NCBI GenBank assembly: GCA_030704615.1
Contig: CM060731.1
Span: 52,762,001 to 52,826,000 of the forward strand
Direction: 5' to 3'
Source of the DNA: Takakia lepidozioides
Taxonomy: Eukaryota; Plantae; Bryophyta
Length of the DNA: 64,000 nucleotides
In this document: piece by piece, positions 61,401 to 64,000 of the stretch
How the letters are laid out: each line of letters starts with the position of its first letter
Numbering within the stretch: the stretch's first letter is position 1
Made by a program: the position numbers and the translations under genes
Notes under the pieces: generated by a model
Told to the model about the DNA's origin: nothing
The model's input: only the letters and a program-made list of their open reading frames with translations
Database searches by the model: none

Positions 61401-63680
61401 AAAGTTCGGTTGCTTCAACGTGGGGTATGGCCTCTATGGTCAACCCTGAGACATTGACATTCCAAATGGTCAAATACCCTTGCAGATTCTACGGAGCCCC
61501 ATAGTTCCTACGACTCTAGGGTTTGTCATCAATATAATCCACAATCTCCGGTGTCACATTTAATCTTTGGTCAGTGGAATAAATTGGAAGTTGAAGTGAG
61601 AAAGAAGTATTTTCGTTGGACGCATGTTTGTTTTAGGTGTGGAAAACATCAATTTTGGTCCTCTGCCTGAGCACATGAGAGCTGATGGTTTGACCAGTAG
61701 ATTTGTGTTTCATCTGCTCATCTGGGTACTGAAAGCCTTGTTTCATGATCAGTTGTCCATACGGTTTCTTGTTCTAATGCTGAGGTAACTATGTTTAAGT
61801 GCAGAGAGGTGTCCTCACCAGCAGCCAGGGGCAAAGGCATTCCTCGCACTTTACGGACATTTTCCCGAGTTGTCTCTGCAACCTGTATTAGAGGTGTTCC
61901 TATACCGTCTCTCTGCATTTTCCTGTGACATGTATAAATGCTATGGATTATAGTGAACGCTGTGGTGGGAGTGCAATGTCATTGCTTTTGACTCTGCATT
62001 GTGGTTATGCAATTTAAATCCCAAATGCTTTGTGTTAAATTTGGAAACAAGCCCTTTGTTTGCAGGTATTGAGGATTCTCTCTTGTTTTACTTCGTCCCT
62101 TGAGCCCCTAAGCACGCTTTAAAGTTTTTCTTTCTTTGTTTATTTCTCTCTTAATTACTTTTAGAAGACAGTATTCATTTTCTGATACACTGTCTGGGGT
62201 TCTCTCACCAAAGAGACGCTCTCTTCAAATTTATTAAGGGAATTGTGCCTGTACCCCTGTTTACCAACTTTGAAAGTCTCGAGGCTGAGCCAAAAGCCCA
62301 GGCCCTCCTGAGGCCTAGTTTTTGGGCAAATCACACACAGCAGATTGATGCTTGTGTGAAGGGATTTCTAGAGGATATCTGGAAAACCCGGATTAATTCT
62401 TTATATGGAGGTAAGTCTTACTACCAACGTCAGCCCCTGACAGAGGTAGGTTCTGTCCCCTTTGTTCCCGCTCAAACTGGGCGCGGGGTCAATGGCCACA
62501 AGGCTACGGCAAACAACGTCTTATGAGTACAATCTCTTAATGACTTTTAGATAGGAAAATGCAAGCATTTTTCCAATCCTACCTCCAGGACAATATAGAG
62601 CTTGCATGTGGATGTGGAAATTGTAAGCATAAAATTACATTCCTTCTGGTACTATCTTCCTTTACTTTCAAGGGTGCCTTGTAAATGATCCATCCTCTAT
62701 GAGCCAGTCTCAACTGTAGTATCTTCTAAGGATGTTCTATTACAGATAGACCTTGTCAAGAGCCTCGGCGGCATAAATGTGATCCTCTGTGAATATAAAT
62801 CTTGTCCGCATACTGCTTGGCCACTGAAGAGTACCTCAAACATGACTCAACCTTGGTGCTGGATGGACATTCACTTTATGCAAGCACTACAGCAAGGGAG
62901 GATTTATAGTATAATTGTCACCACTGGGTAATAATCCCAGAGCCTGGGGAGATGGTGACCTCAGGGTACATCATCACTAACCTTTATGGGTTATAGAAAG
63001 TCCAGAACTTCTCTTTCACCCCATTTAAGCGGGCATGAGTTGTAACAGCAAGAAAGTTTTAATGAGTGCAATGGGTAACCAAGCATGAAGTTGGGTGATA
63101 CTGTCTGCAGATTTGGAGGTATTGGCTGTAGATGCCAGAAGGCGGCAGGGTAAACTTGCTCAACGTCCTCTGAAGGATGGCAGGGAGGCACGTGCCTTGA
63201 AATTGTTGCTGAATCGTGTGGACTCTTGCATTAAGTCACACACCCTTGCCATAAAGGTCCGCTTCTCCTTCTCCATTCTTTCTTCTGTTTTGGCCCACAT
63301 TTCATAGTGTGGTATCAGAGTCTAGGGGCCGATACATGATAATATGCACTGAGATCATCTGTGAACTGTTCACTTAATCTTCTGCACTACACATCCCTAT
63401 TAGATCTTCAAGAAATGTGTGTCTCAATGCTTTGACCAAGAAATGTAATCTGCAAAGTCAGCCATACTCCTGGCACCCGTAGTCAAGTGAATTCTAAGTA
63501 AAGGCTTGGATCGTGTATCAGAGGGCAGAGAACGTACGGATAGAAATGCAAATCAGCAAGGAGCGTGCAGAAATGGCAAGAGCAGTGCTTGCTGGAGAAC
63601 TTCGAGTGCTTCGCTCTGTGGGAGCATGGTTGCGACCTCGTGCAGAAGGTGGAGGCTTTGATTCGCTATGCTTACAATGA
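55448..63680 (+). CDS. SET-domain protein lysine methyltransferase, Rubisco LSMT family; N-terminal exons unresolved
   Basis: Exons 55448-55511 (ALFTARPIKTGE), 55654-55764, 55929-55988 (SPWAPYIKCLP), 56114-56221, 57428-57500, 57853-57899 (SRSW), 58164-58244 (VPFVDFLNHD), 59933-59968, 60443-60526 (ITYGSLPNSALALDFGF), 60788-60921, 61805-61893, 63111-63256, 63522-63680. Confidence 0.85.
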
Positions 63681-64000
63681 CAACATTATTCCTTGAAACA
63701 TGAAAAATGGTGGGACCAGATACCACAATTCACCAACGAAACCCAAAGAGCTTTATTGAAACTTAGAAAATCGCATGTGTCAAGGAAATAATAAACTCAA
63801 GCTACTATCTCAAGCTTGTCATTCCATCCTACTGTTTGAAATACATCAGACAAGGAAAAGGGAAGAGAGCTTTGGAAGGAAAGATGAAGCCATGCCGGCT
63901 ACTTCTACCTGAGCCAGTATAGACATGGCTTGTACTCTTTGCGAAGCAATAGATACAATTTGATCATGTAAGGCCAAAAGAAACGAGGCAATGCTTGCTA

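Overview
Eukaryotic nuclear DNA from a land plant, with intron-rich genes and PLS-DYW PPR genes. A seed-free lineage such as a hornwort is my inference and is not proven. Left part: the last exon of an unknown membrane-anchored protein, a 5'-truncated L1-type LINE, an organellar release factor 2 gene (prfB-like, +), and BUD32 kinase (-) head-to-head with a short-form tRNase Z that has bacterial/ELAC1-type motifs (+). Centre: a ~10.6 kb imperfect palindrome (19582-30163) with two divergent PLS-E-DYW RNA-editing PPR genes. Each is preceded by three intron-split modules encoding the OSB-type PDF ssDNA-binding motif (WWDNR..K|xxPRxPDFKHK..LW). The last module is in frame with the PPR array. The arrays are near-identical 303-bp units that differ at the PPR-code residues. 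To the right is a decayed Ty3/Gypsy element with a tRNA-Ala PBS, an extra 5' ORF and a dUTPase-like domain between protease and RT. After it come a third orphan copy of the PDF modules, nested TE debris (including a non-LTR fragment with a restriction-like endonuclease), a 2OG-Fe(II) dioxygenase pseudogene, an F-box/BiP/PPR fragment mosaic and a Rubisco-LSMT-family SET-domain gene. The best candidate for a new system is the PDF-PPR-DYW fusion in its palindromic, modular locus. All exon models were built by eye.
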